This document shows, piece by piece, positions 61,554 through 64,000 of a DNA stretch of 64,000 bases. The notes under the pieces are model-generated. The model searched no databases and was not told the DNA's origin. It worked only from the letters and a program-made list of their open reading frames with translations. Source of the DNA: Phoronis australis (lineage: Eukaryota > Animalia > Phoronida). The position numbers and the translations under genes are program-made. The stretch lies in assembly GCA_002633005.1 (NCBI GenBank), contig NMRA01000175.1, positions 209,432 through 273,431 of the forward strand. Reading direction: 5' to 3'. Every line of letters begins with the position of its first letter. Position 1 is the stretch's first letter.

Positions 61554-63275
61554 TTACCCAGACTCCTCTTGTAACCTTTCACTAACATACTGTTGATGCA
61601 TATACATGTCTTGAAGTTCTGCCTCAGTCATTATTTGCGAGTCCTTCAGCTCACTTTTGATTTGCTCTCGTAGTTTTGTCAGCTCGGCGGCTGGTTCGTC
61701 ACTTCCCGTACATTCATTCTCGTTTTCACTCAGAATATTTTGAAAACTTTGTGACTGTGTTGGATTGTGTTTAGAGACTGTTTCTATAAATCTTCTCGTT
61801 TCAGGTGAAATTCTTACTGGCTTTCTTGTAATAGTCACTTCTATACTCAGTTTTTCACTGTCTTCTGCTTCTCCCTCCTCAGACTCATTACTTTTATTGC
61901 TATCGCTATTTACCTTGGCACTGGTTTTCTTTAAAGCGCTATTCTCTTCATCACCATCAGCTGTTGACATGGTGGTCGTGTGTCCATTGTCCATGGCCAC
62001 ATGACCATTGTATTCCAGGGAATCGGGTTTCTCATTCAGTGAGAATGTATCACTCTTCAGTGACGTTGCTGTGCTGGGTCGGCTCGTATTTGTGACAGAT
62101 TTGCACAAGACGGTACTTGGCCTGTCCGTCAAATGTTCCAGACCCGCCCTCAATGCTCCCATTCTGCTGCTGGTCACTGAATCCACAAACGACGTATTCT
62201 CTTCAGGGATCGGAGTGTGCTGAGGCACATTCTGCACAGTATTCGGAACTTCAAATTCCAAAAAGTCCGACATTGAGTTGACATCCGATGAAGCCATGCT
62301 GGTGGCTCCACCTGTCGGAACATTCACAGACATCTGACGGTGATTCAGAGATGAGCCACTTAGTGGGCGAGAATCAAAACTGACAGGTGTGTTGGTGCGA
62401 TAGTTGTTTGTGTTGTCAGACTCATTACCTTCCATCACCCTTGGATGATCAAACATTTCCAAACCGTATCCTGGCAAGTTGTCATAGCGACGGTCACTGC
62501 CATAGTGCCCTATGTTGGTGTCCTCTACCTGAATGATATAGCGCTGACGTCCAGACGGACTATGTATCACAGCAGGCGTCTGATTGGAATGATGCGGTGT
62601 TTTCATTGATGTTGCGATCTTAATAAACTCAGTTTCTCCTTGCATTCCATTCAGTGTAATACTTACACCTGCTCGAGCACTGGTTTTATGTAAGGGTGTC
62701 GCCGTTGGAGGGCGGATTGGTGAAGGTGACCTGTCATAGTCGACACGTGATTTATCTCGCTGCCCTGGCGCAATGATACTCAGCTCAGGGTCGTGACTTG
62801 TGTGCATAGGTGTCGACACTTGTCTCAGCATGTGCTGTCTCAGTTCGCTGGCTGTCGTCATGGTTGATTCAGCCATGCTTAATTTGCTTACAGACCGCAA
62901 GTACTCTCTTGGCGAGGCAATTTTTACCTCGCTAAAATCACTCGAGTTCTCCTGCCAACGTGGATACTGGTAAGTATTCAGCTTTCGTCTTCTCGGACTC
63001 GATTTTTTATTGGCAGCCGCAGAGGTTGCCACTGCCTCTTGAATAATTTCCTCATAACGCAATGGGTTCTCGTAGTCAGGATCGTACTCGTCAGCAGTGC
63101 CTTTACAAATAGACAGTTCATCCATAGCTGTCTTTATGCCGTCAATTCGCCTACGTGATTTCTTTGCAGTTTGAACTCTGTAGTTACCCTTGGATACATT
63201 TGATCGGGCGAGTTTAGGTCGCTCTTCATCCTTGTTCAGTTTTTCGAATTGTACAGGATGTGTTTCACAAAGATT
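61554..63275 (-). CDS. Large terminal exon (573 aa) of an unidentified Ser/Thr/Glu-rich, probably disordered protein
   Basis: 1.7-kb ORF preceded by a strong phase-0 acceptor tttttgttgcttttcag|AAT. It has RPST-type repeats and a coiled-coil-like C-terminus (ELTKLREQIKSELK). Upstream exons are presumably beyond the window end. Confidence 0.8.
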   Translation of the reverse strand, partial: NLCETHPVQFEKLNKDEERPKLARSNVSKGNYRVQTAKKSRRRIDGIKTAMDELSICKGTADEYDPDYENPLRYEEIIQEAVATSAAANKKSSPRRRKLNTYQYPRWQENSSDFSEVKIASPREYLRSVSKLSMAESTMTTASELRQHMLRQVSTPMHTSHDPELSIIAPGQRDKSRVDYDRSPSPIRPPTATPLHKTSARAGVSITLNGMQGETEFIKIATSMKTPHHSNQTPAVIHSPSGRQRYIIQVEDTNIGHYGSDRRYDNLPGYGLEMFDHPRVMEGNESDNTNNYRTNTPVSFDSRPLSGSSLNHRQMSVNVPTGGATSMASSDVNSMSDFLEFEVPNTVQNVPQHTPIPEENTSFVDSVTSSRMGALRAGLEHLTDRPSTVLCKSVTNTSRPSTATSLKSDTFSLNEKPDSLEYNGHVAMDNGHTTTMSTADGDEENSALKKTSAKVNSDSNKSNESEEGEAEDSEKLSIEVTITRKPVRISPETRRFIETVSKHNPTQSQSFQNILSENENECTGSDEPAAELTKLREQIKSELKDSQIMTEAELQDMYMHQQYVSERLQEESG

Positions 63276-64000
63276 CTGAAAAGCAACAAAAACGCACATT
63301 TAATACAAAATACAGAAAGACAATCTAGATTGTATGAAATCAAACAACTTTAACAACATGATTTAAAACTGCATGCACTTCACCCTGGCTACAACGGGAA
63401 TCTAAGTAGATCATTTACTGTCTTAAAATTGTCTTCACAATAATCTTTTCTGTGATAAGGTTTTATTCCCATTACCAAGAATATGGAAATCATCAGCAAC
63501 TCAAGAAAACACTTAATAGTTTATTAGGGTTGGCCAACACTAAAATTATGGATTCAAAAATGGTGCATGTACGCATTCCCTGTGCCTTGAGTTACCAGCT
63601 CATTCAAGATTGGAAAAGCGTGGTAATGTTTTTAATCCCCAAAGTGCTTCGGTTAAGAATTCAACATTGACAGCTAAGGGGCAAAGTTCAGCTTTAAATG
63701 ACAAAAAATGCACAAAGTTGCTATTCACTCATATTCTGCCCAAAAACGAACTTTTAATTCAGACCACTGTTATCAAATTGGTCTAAACATAACATTTACT
63801 TAGATTAGATGAGATTTTTTGGAAAGTACTCATTATTGCTAGAGACCTGGCTCGACAACTTGGCTTATCATGGCCGTCATTTTATATGCCAAACATGATC
63901 TAAAGCAAGAAAAAACTGCTGATTTTTCCAAGCTCGTTAACAACATCTTTAAATAAAAAGGTTGGTTCTTATATGGAACACAGGTTTACAGCAGCGTTAA

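Overview
This is eukaryotic, intron-rich and repeat-dense DNA with assembly gaps. It is probably from a marine invertebrate, possibly a lophotrochozoan (inference from the repeat types). Host genes supported by the sequence: (1) a 4-exon + strand gene (2770-27670, 331 aa, all intron phases compatible) encoding a hydrophobic leader, a non-canonical basic C-type lectin domain, a Thr-rich linker and a PAN/apple-like domain; (2) a - strand locus of divergent SLC52 (riboflavin-transporter family) genes, ordered exon1B (59092-57851), exon1A (41639-40344), exon2' (38321-38124, acceptor AG changed to AA) and exon2 (33843-33646, intact), so two large first exons may share one terminal exon; (3) a 573-aa Ser-rich terminal exon of an unidentified gene (63275-61554). 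The rest is transposon debris: a Ngaro/DIRS-group tyrosine-recombinase retroelement bracketed by inverted repeats, a deleted PIF/Harbinger element with TAA TSD, Kolobok-like elements with THAP pseudo-ORFs, HERO-like and L1/Tx1-like LINE fragments, a Helentron-associated element, a tRNA-derived SINE, several MITEs/foldbacks and satellites. Two near-identical duplications next to N gaps look like haplotype or assembly artefacts. No rRNA, functional tRNA or CRISPR array was seen. Family assignments rest on motifs recognised by eye, not on database searches.
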